From: Zootoca vivipara
Lineage: Eukaryota
Assembly: GCF_963506605.1 (NCBI RefSeq)
Contig: NC_083276.1
Coordinates: forward strand, 128,340,001-128,404,000
Reading direction: 5' to 3'
Length of the DNA: 64,000 nucleotides
Numbering within the stretch: the stretch's first letter is position 1; each line of letters starts with the position of its first letter. A program made the position numbers and the translations under genes. Shown in pieces: positions 13,287 through 26,703 of the stretch. The notes under the pieces were generated by a model. That model saw only the letters and a list, made by a program, of their open reading frames with translations. It was not told the origin of the DNA and did not search any database.

Positions 13287-15478
13287 TTTATTGGCAGTCA
13301 GACCAGAAACTTTGGGGAAATTTTGTCAAAAAAAACAACATAAAAATTCCAGGTGCAGAAGAGGAAGGTGCCTCTGGAAAGATTCTGACACTGCTTGAAC
13401 AAGGAGGTGATGGGAGCTAAATGATTAGGGTTGCAACTGGCATTGGCCTTCAGATGTTTGGCTTGATTTCCCTTTGTGAACGTGCTGCTGAAGAATAACC
13501 TGCCCTCTGTCTTACCAGTCTGGATGGTAGGATAGGATGGGAGGGTATTGGCTGTGCAGTAGAAGTCCACAGAATCTGGATTTTCCTGTAAAACATGTTA
13601 CAAAACCATGTTAGTGAAGTTGCTCTCTCACCAGAGACAGGGTGAGTGGAACACCAGCAGAGAGATGCTGTTCTGCATGTCTTATCTGCAAAACGCCTGT
13701 CAGCACTCAAATGTTATAGGGTTCTTCGAGTATGGGCCATAGCTTCACTAGACTAACTAAAGGACGATAGCAAGTCCCTGGTTCAAGTGCTTCGAGTTCC
13801 CTCAGGCTGTAGAAAAAGTGGTGCAAAGGGAACAGAGGTTAGGAGTCTGGGGGGGGGGGGAGAGAGATGCAAGGCGACAAGGCAGATAGCTCATGGGGTA
13901 ACCAACATTCACAGACACTGGGTTTCTGAAGCTCTGGGGAGAGGAGAAGAATCAATGGGGCAACAACCATATTTTCCGCCTTAGGCTTTTTGGTCCCAAG
14001 AACAAATACTTCAGAGATGTCTCTATCTTAATAGCTCTCACAGATATTTTTCCTTTACAACTGATCACACTTTTTTTGTTTAAGATATACTTGCACTTGA
14101 TTGTGTTTTCTTGACCTAAGAAGCCCTTTGTGGCAAAGTCCAAGTACATACATATTTATCACTCAGCACTGTTAATTAATATACGTTGCAGAACATTTCC
14201 TGGGCAGGTATATCCCCTGTTTGTTATTCTTTAACTTGAGTGGCTGCCTGTGAAAAGGGTTTCAGTGCCAATGGCACTGTGACAAACAACCTGTTTGTAT
14301 CTCTTGATTCAGTCAAAGCAATTGACCCCATTTTCTAGTTAAACAACTCTTGTGTTCTTCAGACCAAAACACATCTAGTAACTTAAATAGCCACAAATTA
14401 ACACCCACCAGCCCATAAATGCTGTGATTTATTTTCATAATTTAAGCTAGCAATTAAACTGCCTAGACATTGAACAATTTATTATACTCTGTGCAAGGTT
14501 AACTGACTAAAATGCTTTGATCGGCTGCTACTTTTACATGGCAATCTTATACAGGTCTACTCACAATCAAGCCCCGTGGAGATCCACCAGGTAAAATGCA
14601 GCCTTGGAGATCACTTTTTGTTAGACTGGCATTGTAAGCGTTTTCTGCCACATCACTTGGGTACATCCAAAACTATTTTACTGCCAAAATATTTATCAGT
14701 TGCAAATCGCAAGTCCTGTGATGGGAAGAAATGACTCAAGCATCATTGCACAACAGTGGAGAAACCACGATGCAGCGCGATTTCCACTGGCCGGTTACAA
14801 TCAAAGGAGATTCCCAGAAGTAACTCGGTTTTCAAATAAAGGATAAGGCAGACCAAGAAAAAGAAAGAAAGAAACCTATCATCTTTGTTATTATTACTGA
14901 CAAAATGTCCAACATAATGACAGGCAGAGTGAGAGCCTGTATACTGCAAGGACCTCTCTGGGGAAATGCAATACATCTTTGTGTGCTCTGGGCCAGAAAT
15001 ATGCTCTATCCCCTTGTGAGAGCTCTGTCTGTGGAAGGCCACCCAGTGTCACCGCTGGCTTTGCCCTCACCACAGTAGTGTGTCCTCCCACCCACCATAC
15101 AAATGCAGCACTGTTCTCGTCCCCATAAGAGAGAGAGGCAGTGTTTAGAAACTCAAATATATAAGCTAATCACCAAATGGCACCTTAAATCTAGGTTACG
15201 GCCGCTACAACAGTATAACTAGCTGCCACATCCACATCCCCCCCGCGGGGTTTGTTGTTGTTGTTTATTTCATTTCTATACCACTTTATGTTTTAAAGAA
15301 AAAAATCTCAAAGCAGTTTACAACACATGTAAACATCAAAAGAAACAATCCAGGATAAAACTAAGCCAAGCTTCAAGGAAAATATTTCAGATCCTTCTCT
15401 AAGTGGCAGTTTGCTTTCCCCATATTTATTTTCCTACTTAATTTATAGAGCTGCCTCATAGCAGAAGGACCCTAGGAA

Positions 15479-15933
15479 GCCAGTGGGGTGTAGTGGTTAG
15501 TGTCGGACAAGAACCTGGGACAGGGCCCCCAAACTAAGGCCCAGGGGCCAGATGTGGCCCAAACGCCTTCTAAATCCGGCCCTCGGACGGTCCAGGAATC
15601 AGCATGTTTTTACATGAGTAGAACGTGTCCTTTTATTTAAAATGCATCTCTGGGTTATTTGTGGGGCATAGGAATTTGTTCATGTTTTTTTTCAAAATAT
15701 AGTCCGGCCCCCCCACAAGGTCTGAGGGACAGTGGACCGGCCCCCTGCTGAAAAAGTTTGCTGACCCCTGACGTGGGAGATCAGGGTTCAAATTCCCACT
15801 CAGTCATGAAGCTCACTTGGAGTCAGTCACAGCCTCCCAACCTACCTCACAGGGTCACTGAAGGGATTGACTAAAGAGGGGGTGAACCGTGTACCCCTTG
15901 GAGAAAAATGTGAAAAATTGATGCAATAAATAA
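15479..15933 (+). mobile_element. tRNA-derived CORE-type SINE (Squam3/MIR-like) interrupted by a hAT element
   Basis: A-box-like gtgtagtggttag, B-box-like ggttcaaattccc, cctacctcacagggt body and aataaata tail. Confidence 0.6.
15521..15770. mobile_element. Non-autonomous hAT (Charlie/OC1-like) element
   Basis: TIRs cagggcccccaaact / agtttgctgacccctg; 8-bp TSD acctggga (15513-15520) / acgtggga (15771-15778). Confidence 0.8.
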
Positions 15934-17732
15934 GATCTTCAGCTTACCTGCTTAAGAAAGCTGGAGGGGCCTGCCAGATGGAGATGTCAGTCGCCAACCT
16001 TGCATCCAGATATCTGCACCTGATCACAATTTGATCCATGCAAGTCGCAAAACGCGCCTGGCACCTGGCTGATTTCTAACACTGGAGAGTGGCAACTGTT
16101 TGCTGATGACAGTGAAAATAAAGACAGGCACTTGTGGATAACGCTGGAGTGTGTGAAGTAAATACCCCCACACCTGAGTGATATCACTGTCTTGGCAAAT
16201 GGTAGTTTTCTCCATCTGTGAACTAAGGAGGAGGCTGCAACCTGCTTATTTTGTCCCTTGGCATCAAGCCTGCTACCTCCATGGCTCTATCCAAGGTTCT
16301 GCTTCTCAGTCAAGTAGTAGAGTTCACTTTTAAGGACACAAGAGAAGCCTGGAAACTGGCATGGGCAGATTAAACCAGGTGTGGGGAACCTTAGGTCTCC
16401 ATATGCTGCTGAACTACAACTCCCATCATCCCTGGCCATTGGCCATGCTTGCTGGGGCTGATGGGGGTTATAATGCAGTCCTAAGGCTCCCCACACCTGG
16501 TTTAGGTAGCTCATAACAGAAGCCCCCGGATTCTTGTTGCCAACTTCGGTTTCAGCAGTTCAGAAAGAGGGCTACCAGATTCAGACCCAGAGACTGCCTG
16601 AAGCTTTAAGAGCTGCAGGGCAGAAATAATGCAGCAGCAGTAGTCTATCTGACCCTCAGTGTTTTAACTGTTTATCCATCCATTCCACAGGGTACAGCGA
16701 GAGTCCTAAAGAAGAGAAAGGCCTGTTTCTCAAAAGCAAATTCCTATTCCTCAGTGCCTGAAAGACATGCTGAAAAAATGTGTTGGCAGTTTCTGTTGTA
16801 GGACTGAGTGGAAGCTTCGGGCGTTATGGGACATTTCACTTTATTCAGCCTAACAGTTTTCCCTCTAGTTTCCATTCCCCTGAACTAGCAAACCTGTCTA
16901 AATACATATTAGGGCAATGCCTTTATTGGGCCAATCAAAATGTCATAAAATACTGTGCAATTTTGGTTGGCCTAATAAAAGTAGTGCCCTAATATTTGGC
17001 ATTTTTCTTATAGGTCAACTCAGCTATCTGTATATTTTTTACATAGAATTGCATTGCACACATCTAAAAGCCGAAGTCTGAATTCAGCACGGCTTCATAC
17101 AGCATATCTATATGCAGGGAAAACCAGAGTGATCTTAGCACTACGGAGACAACAAACCCATTCTGAATTAAACCAGTGAGAAATGATCTAAGATAAAAGG
17201 AGCCTGAGAAAATCTTTCAATGGGGTGTGCTAGTCAGCTAAAGATTATCCATCACTCTCCATGGTGATAGATCTAGCAACAATAACACAGCAGCAATTTA
17301 AGCAATTTCAGACTCTCTCACATGCATGACTTTAAATGCAGAAAATGAAAAAAAGAAACAGAACTGTTTGCCATATACAGGAGCACTTCTCTAAAGCTCT
17401 GTTAGAGCAGCTACTGGTAAGCAGGGCTGACTATCCAGGCACTGCCCTCTGTGTTACTGTCAGTCTGACTTCCAGTCTGAAACCACTCAGGAGCAGGTGA
17501 CAAGGAAAAGAAGTGGCTCAGTTCAGGGGTTGAATACAAAGCAAAACACTGACTCACCAGGGAAATCATGTCATGCAGTGACCTTTCCCAAGCATTCTGC
17601 ATGTCGTCACCCAGAGGAAACATTTATACCCAAGGCTCAAGGTATTGAATCTTCCTATCAACACAGCAACACTCAGAAGCAGTCAGAGAACTTCCTAGAA
17701 ACTCTTGTTTTTCTTGACAACGCTATTTAGCA

Positions 17733-18003
17733 CAGGTGTCAGCAAGATTTACCGCACCTGGGCCGGTTCACTCTAGCGGAGATCCCTCTGTGGGCTGGAT
17801 TGTGTGCGCGCCTGAGCGCGCCCGCCTGCGACTTCTGGCGTCTGCGCAGACGCAATTTCCGGTGCCGCAAAAGCGAGTCCCCACGCTGCGCCGGTTTAGC
17901 ACAGTACACAGGGACTCACCGAGCGGGTGGCTCAGTTCGGGGGCCGGTTAAACAATCCCCGTGGGCCGCTTTTGGCCCATGGCCCTTAGGTTGCCTACCC
18001 CTG
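17733..18003. mobile_element. Non-autonomous hAT element, CpG-rich
   Basis: TIRs caggtgtcagcaa / ttgcctacccctg; perfect 8-bp TSD atttagca (17725-17732 and 18004-18011). Confidence 0.85.
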
Positions 18004-18185
18004 ATTTAGCACAACTGCTGCTGCTGGCTTCTAAAAAACCTTCCTCACACACACACACCCAAAACACTTCTGATTTAACTATCAGTAGCAGGGGCCCCCA
18101 CAAAGCAAGAAACATCACTAGGGTTGAATGAAATTACAGTATATCTGAAAGGTTGTGGCAAGAATAAGGAGGCATTCGACTAAAT

Positions 18186-18317
18186 CAGAGTTTCCCAAAC
18201 TTGGGTCTCCAGCTGCTTTTGGACTACAACTTCCATCATCCTTAGCTAGCAGGACCAGTGGTGGTCAGGGATGATGGGAACTGTAGTCCAAAAACAAAGT
18301 AAGTTTGGGAAACTTTG
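18186..18317. mobile_element. Palindromic hAT MITE (ggactacaactcccatcat family); related copies near 4560-4650, 16377-16499, 43753-43850 and 45019-45120
   Basis: Fold-back structure cagagtttcccaaactt...aagtttgggaaactttg; near-identical 8-bp flanks gactaaat / aactaaat. Confidence 0.75.
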
Positions 18318-20531
18318 AACTAAATAAACACACAAGTGCAGCTAGTTCTGCTTGAATGATGGGACTTCCCCCTGTCCCCTCCCCAGACATTATCAACATC
18401 ATACATTCAGAAATATTTCATCATCTAGCTGAATCAAGCCATAGAATGTGTCCAGACTGGCAGCTTGTTGTGCCCATTATTACATACAGTATTACATACA
18501 TTATTACATATTTTGACTCTCCTCCACCTCTTTCAGCGGTTCCTTATGTTTATAATATTTTTACTGCATTTCCAAATTAAGCCTATTTATTATTTATCAC
18601 ATATAGTCAATATTTGTTTTATATCACTGCACATTTTTGTAATTAATCCTGCTAATGTCTTAATCTGTTCACAATATTTTTGAAAGTATATAAAAAAAGA
18701 TTTCAACTCTATATTAAAAACTTTGTTGTCTTGAACGTACCGGGGTTACGTTCCTGACCCTTGCATGCATCAGAGGAGCACGCATAAGCTGTTATGCCCT
18801 ATTTTCTGGCCACTTCTAGGTTGTCGCAATGCACGCATGCACAGTCACACGTCAATTGGATGTGCATAAATTGGTCACTGCCTGTATGTCAAAATCAGCA
18901 CTTTGAATTGAGCCCAGAATCTTATCAGTAGTCAGTGCAATTGTGCCAGAATCAGTGTAATATGAACATACCTTCTAGTCTCACTCAGCAATCTGGCTGC
19001 TGAATTCTGCACTAGCTATAGTCTCCAAATTGTCTTCAAAAGCAGCTCCACATGGTCATCTGGCCCAGACATGATCAGAGCATAGACAACTGAAGCTAGG
19101 TTATCCTTGTCCAGAGAGGGTCACACAGCTGGGTTCTCAGCAGAAGGTTCATGCCACCAAAGCAATTTGTGCCTCCGATAACAGAGGCGGATCCAGAAGT
19201 CCCACTAAATTGTGCACCTGCCTCTTTAGGGGGAATGCAACTCCTTCCAGAACAGGATGAACCCCACCCATTCGGTGAGAAGTAGTAGAAACCAAGGAGA
19301 ACACTCAACAGCCCAATTCCTGGCCCAAGCAAAGGGCACTCAGAATTTGAGGTGGATGAAGAAGAAACTCATCCCCACTGTCCCTGGCATAATGCTGAAG
19401 GTTTATACTTAGTCATCAATGTTTTCTCCAACAGGCTGCATGTTTCAGTTCTGGATAAACAGACCCTGTTTCACTCTCAGACAGTTTGAGTACTCAGTAC
19501 AAAAATACATTGACCTTGGAATTCTAGTACTAACAGAACAAAGCCATGCATATGTGTGCATTTTCTTTTTGCCATGGAGGCAACTCTGAAGCATCATCTA
19601 TGCTCAGCACAAACAAAAGCAAGTCATACAGACACTGCTAGAGATGAGGTCATTAAGCAGGGAGGCTGATGATGAGATGGCTGTTTATAACCATACTCAA
19701 TTTTTCTATACTTCCAGTTCCTGTAACTGAACCAGGAAGGAAGAGAACCAGGAAGGAAGAGAAGGGGAGTCTGTTATATTGCTTCACGTGAGAGAATTTG
19801 TGGCAGCAAAAATAAATAAATCAGGTAATTTCAAAAGATGCTGCAGCACTGTCTTTTGGATGCTAGGGGCATGCCTGTGCATGATTTAAGCAAAAGGAAG
19901 CCTCTGTGTATTCAACAGAACTTAGACCCTAACTAAAAGGAAATTATGCTATTGAGAATATCATCACCAAAACAGGAAAATATTTCATATATTTGCCAGC
20001 ATCAAAACCCAGGAGGATTATTCCAACCCCCCATTTTCAGGGCAGTTTTAAAGACGAATATGTAACATTTCAATGGTCTTATTTTTTCTCTCTTTCTGCA
20101 GAATAGCCATGTGCAGCCCAGGAAAAGAGAAGATAAATAGACTCTACTGAATCCAATTTGCAACTGTTGAATCCTTCACTTTCATCTGAATTATTCCATG
20201 GCCTGCATCCTAGACTGGATATATTCCTCTGCTCCAACCCAATCTTGGAGGAAGTTCTATCCCTGGCTACCCTAAAGAGCATTATTAAATGACAGGTGAA
20301 TGTACTGTCTCCTATAAAATATCTCCTATTAACATCTCCACAGTAGAAAAGTTGGCTTTTTATTGGCAAGTTGATCAAACTGGCTCACTCCATCTCTAGT
20401 CAATATCAATCCACAGGGATGGAGTTTTGTTACAGTTTACTTTAGATTCAGTCATTCTGAGAATGGTGTATGTTATAGTTTATGGTTATTATCATCAATT
20501 AGATATATGTATGGGTGTGTGTTTATGTATA

Positions 20532-20535
<4 letters not shown>

Positions 20536-20590
<55 letters not shown>
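20536..20590. repeat. Compound (CT)n(CA)n microsatellite
   Basis: Directly visible. Confidence 0.95.
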
Positions 20591-20593
<3 letters not shown>

Positions 20594-21649
20594 AAAATTA
20601 GCCAGGCACCAGGCACATTTTGCACCTGCCTACTGGCCACTTGTTACCAAGTGAAGATGCATGACATCATTTGGAGGGCATATCTGGGGATCATTGGACC
20701 TTTACTATTTTCACACACTAATACCACATCCTGTAGGAACAGGCCAATATATATGTAGACTGTCCCTGGATAAATTGACTTTCTTTCAGTTCTCAAAGTT
20801 CTTAACCTAGCTCAAGGTTGCCTTCTGAACTAGCCAAATGTTTAACAGATAATCACAGTCAGTCCATTATTTGGGGGGGGGGAGACTTTCAAACCATCTT
20901 GCCCCAAAATGGCAACTATAACCTCCTTTTTCACACTTTGCACTCTGGAGTAAAAATATGTGCATTCTCAAGGAAGCCTGGGTAGCATGGTACACTCAGA
21001 ACACACCTAGCAAACTATTTCCCACAATGCTTTAAAAAAATTAATCAAAGAGAACATTAATATACTTTTAACTCTGACTCAACAATTTGCATGCCTTCGG
21101 AGGGCACCACATATGTGGTGCACATGTAATGTGCTAGAGAGCTATTCTGGTAGAGTCTTGCGTGAAACAGGGAGACCCAGCCTCAACACTGCACCACAAA
21201 GTTCACTGAGTGATTTTGAGGCACCCGCTATCATTCAGGGTTAACGGAATTCAATTTATTCCATAGGGTTGTTGCAATGATACAAGTAGGGTGGTGGGTG
21301 GTGGTGGGAATGGGAATGGGATGCTCTTACACACCACCTTGGAAAAAGGGCAGGTTAAACACTACATAGAGAAGAGAACAAATATATATTAGACACAGCC
21401 AGATGCTGCAACAACAACGAAACACAGTTTACATAAAACGCTTAAGCCGACTGCACAGCTTTGCGCTTGTCCTGCAGTTACTGCCTGGGTTCTTTGGTGA
21501 AAGTGGCACGCAGTTATAACTGCATCTATGGGATGACCTAATATTGCATAATGTAAGGAGCTGGGGACGGAGGGAGACAGAGAATGAGTATAGATTCAGG
21601 CACAAGAAATTGCACAACAACAACAACAACAAACCCCCAAGCTGCTTGA

Positions 21650-22185
21650 TTTTATAAGGATGCGCGCCTCATAAAAGTCGCAGAAGAGCTGGCAAGATGC
21701 TGCAGAGCAAAGAGGGCAACTGGCACAATAAGGAAGGCGCCATAAACGCCCAGGCTGGACCTTCGGGGTGGTCAGGGGCAGAGCCGGCCTTTCCACTCAC
21801 AGCTGCGGAGCCTCCATGGATTCAGCCGCAAAGGCAGAGAGGCTCAAGCCACAAGCAGCCTCGACCCGGACTCCGCACGAGCCGTTCACGCGCCGCCCGG
21901 GGGTCCCGCGTTTACTGCCACCCCCACCCCCCGCCGCCGGCCGGTTTCCCTTGCCTTCTCTTCCCTTCCTCCTCGTTCCCTCCGCCGCCGGCCACAGGCA
22001 CCGGCAACCTCCCTCAGCCTCAGCCTCAGTCGCTGCCGCAGCCGCCGCCTCGGCTCTCTCTGTTTACAACCTGCCCTGGCCCCGGTGCTCGCCTCAAACG
22101 CTTCCCCGCAGCAGCCAGGGAACCGGGAACCGGCAAGAAGGTTCCGGCCGGCAGCCTGTCCCGCACTCCTCAGCCCCGCCCAACA
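21650..22185 (-). promoter_or_regulatory. CpG island, probable PLEKHM3 promoter and non-coding first exon
   Basis: High GC and CpG density with (gcc)n tracts about 8 kb upstream of the first coding exon; GC-box-like ggggcggggc on the minus strand near 22172-22181. Confidence 0.75.
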
Positions 22186-22756
22186 TAAAGATGACGATTA
22201 TTATTATTATTATACCGCCCTACCCGGGGGGGAGGGTGTCTCAGGGCGGTTCACAAAATACAATCAAGATACAAAACCACAATATACATAATGAAAATTA
22301 AAACAAAAACCTAATAATAATAATAATAAACAACCCTCCAACATGGGCATAGCCAGGATTTTTGTTAGGGGGAACAGAATCTCAGTTACTTAAGTATTTT
22401 TTATTGATTTACTTGATTTAGAGGGGGGCAGGTGCCCCCTTGCCCCCCCAATATGTCCCTATTTTCCAGGGACAGACCGGGATTTACAGAAGCCAACCCG
22501 GTTTCTGACTTGATCCCGGAATGCTCCGCTTTTCCTTAGGACATCCCTATTTTTACTGGAGAAATGTTGAAGGGTAAGGAGTTATGTGACACCCCCCCCC
22601 CCCCCAAGCAAAGATAAGTAACCATACAACCTTTAGAAGACAATGGGGGTATAAACATTATTGTTGTTATCATTATTATGGAATAGGGTGTCCCTATTTT
22701 CATCGGAGAAATGTTGGAGGGTATGGAACAGGAATAAACAACTCGTGATGACTGGT

Positions 22757-22824
<68 letters not shown>
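22757..22824. repeat. (AAC)n microsatellite
   Basis: Directly visible; it produces the spurious poly-C and poly-L ORFs. Confidence 0.97.
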
Positions 22825-22825
<1 letters not shown>

Positions 22826-22999
22826 AGTAGTAGTGTGTGAAGTGATCGCAGGTAACAGCCAGAGGCCCTAGCATTATGAGAATGAATCTCAACATTGTGG
22901 GTACTTTTCAAAAGAAAAAGCCCATTGGTTATTTTATTCCCCCCACCTCACACACACAATTGGCTTTTCTGGGATTTCGAGATGTTCACCAGGGCTAGC

Positions 23000-23255
23000 A
23001 TAGTTATCTAGTCCAACCCTCTGCAAAGCATCCAAGACAGATGGCCATCCAACCTCTACTTAAAAACCTCCAAGGAAGGAGAGTCCACAATCTCCCGAGG
23101 AAGGAACAGCTCTTACTGTTAGAAAGCTCTTTCTGATGTTTAGTCGGAATCACCTTTCTTGCAACTTAAATCCATTGGTTCGGGTCCTTCCCTCCAGAGC
23201 AGGAGAAAGCAAGCTTGCTCCATCATCCACGTGACAGCCCTTTAGATATATGAAT
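23000..23255 (-). mobile_element. CR1 LINE 3' fragment
   Basis: Reverse complement of a CR1 3' end (tctagtccaaccc...aaaacctccaaggaaggagagtccac...aacagctcttactgttagaaag...ctgatgtttagtcggaat). Confidence 0.75.
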
Positions 23256-23310
23256 GGGAGGAGCTCCTGTCCTGTTTTTTGATGCCTGCTATCTGTAGGC
23301 ATCCAGGTGG

Positions 23311-23668
23311 CAACCCAGGTGGCGCTGTGGTTAAACCACTGAGCCTAGGGCTTGCTGATCAGAAGGTCGGCGGTTCGAATCCCTGTGACGGGGTGAGCTC
23401 CCGTTGCTCGGTCCCAGCTCCTGCCAACCTAGCAGTTCGAAAGAACGTCAAAATGCAAGTACAGTAGGTAAATAGGAACCGCTACAGCGGGAAGGTAAAC
23501 GGCGTTTCCATGTGCTGCTCTGGTTTGCCAGAAGCGGCTTTGTCATGCTGGCCACATGACCTGGAAGCTATACGCCGGCTCCCTCGGCCAATAATGCGAG
23601 ATGAGCGTGCAACCCCAGAGTTGGTCACAACTGGACCTAATGGTCAGGGGTCCCTTTACCTTTACCTT
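23311..23668 (+). mobile_element. Sauria SINE, full length
   Basis: ccaggtggcgctgtggttaaaccactgagcc...ggttcgaatccc (B box)...gtcccttt(acc)ttt tail; candidate TSD tctgtag; near-identical to the copy at 51647. Confidence 0.9.
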
Positions 23669-24392
23669 TTCTGTAGTTTTATAAGTACTCATATTAGAAA
23701 CATATTTTTGTAAATGTGTTGTTCAATTAATAAAGGATGCTATTATGTATTTAATTGCCAGCAGAATACTATGCCTGCCTGCTCAGCAGCAAGTGCCATC
23801 GAGTTAAATGAGGTTTATTCACAAGTAAAGGGTTATAGGATTGCAACCTTAAAAAGAAACTTTCAGAGCAATCCTGCCAGGTTAGGGGATGGAGCCAGTG
23901 GGGCAGACAAACCAACAATTAATCAAAGTTTGTGACAACATTTAAAATCGAACTAAATTATTTTAATACCAGTATGTGTGTTGCTCCTAAGATAGTGTTT
24001 AGTGTTTTATAAGTAAAAATAGTATAGACCAGGGCTTTCTTTAGCCAGAACTTAACGGAACTCTCAGCATCTCTCAGGTGGGCGCCATTACCATTCTAAC
24101 AGAATGTTGGAGAAGTTCATGGTGAGTTCCGGCACCTCTTTTTCTAGAAAAATAGCACTGGTATTGCTTTAAGGCTGCAGGATGCCTGCATTAGGTTCTG
24201 CTGATCAGGGAAAGGGGTGGCCTGGCTAGAATTTGGACTTTGGCCATCTTTGTTTATATTTACAGAAATCCTGATTCGACCCAAATGATTTCCTTCCACC
24301 AGAGTGCTTTGCTGTATTCCTGAGTCAGGAATGCAGGTGAAAAATTCTGCCTTGGAATGGGAAATATGCTTCAGTTTTTGCATGAAAGATCT

Positions 24393-24430
<38 letters not shown>

Positions 24431-25944
24431 CAACAACAATATATTAAATTTATATACCGCCCTATACCCTCAGGGTATACTTGGAGCCAGTAGGAATTCT
24501 GCTCTTCCCTGCTTCGGATTTCAAGCAAATTAATATAACAATAATATTTATTTCCTGCATGGATCCGTTTTGCTTTATGCTTACATATTTCACAAGCAAT
24601 TTCTTCACAGCAGTCCATGGGGCGGGGGGGGGGGGAATGTAACATCAGAGCTGACCCTTGGAGGCAGAGGAAAAGCTGCTCACTGGAATTCAACACTGTA
24701 GCAATTACCTTTTCTTTAACATTCAATAAGCTATGTTTTACTTCTCCTTTTGATGAGAGATGTTCCCATCCGTGAGCCCTTCTGCCAGCCAGCTCCTTCT
24801 TTCCCAAGCCACTTAGCTCAGGTCTTTTTAAAGAGTGAGATTGTTTTTGAACAAGCTTTTCCTGGCACCGCTCCTTCGCCTCGCAGAAGCGATCAGCCAG
24901 TGGGCATAGTTCATTCCCACTGCAAGGCCACCGCTACCACCACAAACAAACATCCACGTCCCTAGAAAGGGGGCTGCTTTTCTTCTGCTAATGGGATTGG
25001 CACCGTTTAGAGCAGTCTGCTAGGACATTGTCTGCAGCCACAGCAAGAGAAACATTATTCAAAGGCCATTCAGGCCCCAAAAGAAGCGGCAGAGCCGAGT
25101 AATTATCGGAGGCTCTCCATTAAGGAGGGCATCTCTGCTCTTTGTCTGCAAGGCTTTAATAAAGCTCACTAATAGGGTTGGTGGGGGAGGGGCCCCCTAA
25201 TGGCTCCAAACAAACCCCTTTTTCTTTTCTCCCCCCTGCCCACCCCACCCCACCTCACCCCATCGCCCCCTTGTTTGAAGAAGTGGCTTTATGGAAACTG
25301 ACAGCAAAGCCATAAGTTACCATACTGAATAATGACCTTCAGGAAAACTTTGTGTGAACCCAAATGCTTTCGAGACGCACGTCTTCAGTGCCATCGGAAT
25401 ATCTCTTGCACCCCTTCATGTTTAGGTGTTTCTCTCCTCGCCTCTTCCCTCCTGCATGTGGTGACTGAGGACCCTGTTGCAACAGTTTAGGCTTACTAGC
25501 TGCTTTGCTTCTCAATATTATCTGGATGGCCTCTGTTATTTTCTGCTACCGATAGGGAACCCACTTAAGGACTCTCTGCGGGGTCTTGGATACCCCACAA
25601 GGGAAAAGGAGCAGGTTTTTTTCTACATCACTTGCATGAGGGAATCTCAACATATAGCATAGTTAACAGGAGGAAGAAGCTTAATGTGAGCTGCCCAAGT
25701 CAAACAATGATCGATGGAGCAGTCATCAGATTTGCTGCTCTGATCCCTTGGGCGAGGTGGACAGACAACTGTGCAAGTCCCTGCTCAGTGGTGCAGTTAG
25801 GAAGATAATTTTAGGTCCTGGACTTAATGGTCTTTTGTGGGAGGTACCTCTTTAGAAAGTGCTGGACTTTGTAACTATGACTATGGCAGAAAAAGTTAAT
25901 TCTTTCAGTGGAAAATATTCTATTGAACTATATACTTGCAATAT

Positions 25945-26283
25945 ATAGTCCCATGGACTGCAAGAAGATCAAACCTCTCCATTCTGAAGGAAATCAGCCC
26001 TGAGGGCTCACTGGAAGGACAGATCCTGAAGCTGAGGCTCCAATACTTTGGCCACGTCATGAGAAGAGAAGACTCCCTGGAAAAGACCCTGATGTTGGGA
26101 AAGATGGAGGGCACTAGGAGAAGGGGACGACAGAGGACGAGATGGTTGAACAGTGTTTTCGAAGCCACCAACATGAGTCTGACCAAACTGCGGGAGGCAG
26201 TAGAAGACAGGCGTGCCTGGCGTGCTCTGCTCCATGGGGTCACGAAGAGTCGGACACGACTAAACGACTAAAAAACAACAACC
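25945..26283 (+). mobile_element. RTE-BovB LINE, 5'-truncated 3' end
   Basis: ORF end VPWTARRSNLSILKEISPEGSLEGQILKLRLQYFGHVMRREDSLEKTLMLGKMEGTRRRGRQRTRW...GVTKSRTRLND*, (caa)n tail, TSD tgcaatat (25937-25944 and 26284-26291). Confidence 0.92.
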
Positions 26284-26396
26284 TGCAATATGGAAATGAT
26301 CAACAGGACAGCAGAAATGGATTTTGCGTGCCCTAATGGTGGCCAAGAGACTGATACTGATGAATTGGAAAATAAAGATATGATGTTTAGGCTCAG

Positions 26397-26703
26397 TGCT
26401 GATCAGAAGGTCGGCGGTTCGAATCCCTGTGACGGGGTGAGCTCCCGTTGCTTGGTCCCAGCTCCTGCCAACCTAGCAGTTCAAAAGCACGTCAAAATGC
26501 AAGTAGATAAATAGGAACCGCTACAGCGGGAAGGTAAACGGCATTTCCATGTGCTGCTCTGGTTTGCAGGAAGCGGCTTTGTCATGCTGGCCAGCCACAT
26601 GACTTGGAAGCTATACGCCGGCTCCCTCGGCCAATAATGCGAGATGAGCGTGCAACCCCAGAGTCGGTCACGACTGGACCTAATGGTCAGGGGTCCCTTT
26701 TTT
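26397..26703 (+). mobile_element. Sauria SINE, 5'-truncated
   Basis: Near-identical to 23354-23657. Confidence 0.9.

Noticed and set aside
21697-22301. Pro/Ala-rich ORFs of 163-177 aa
   Set aside because: Explained by stop-codon scarcity in the CpG island.
22536-22911. Poly-Cys and poly-Leu ORFs
   Set aside because: Translation of the (AAC)n microsatellite.
23311-23400. tRNA-like A/B boxes
   Set aside because: They belong to the Sauria SINE head, not a tRNA gene; the same applies to the other SINE copies.
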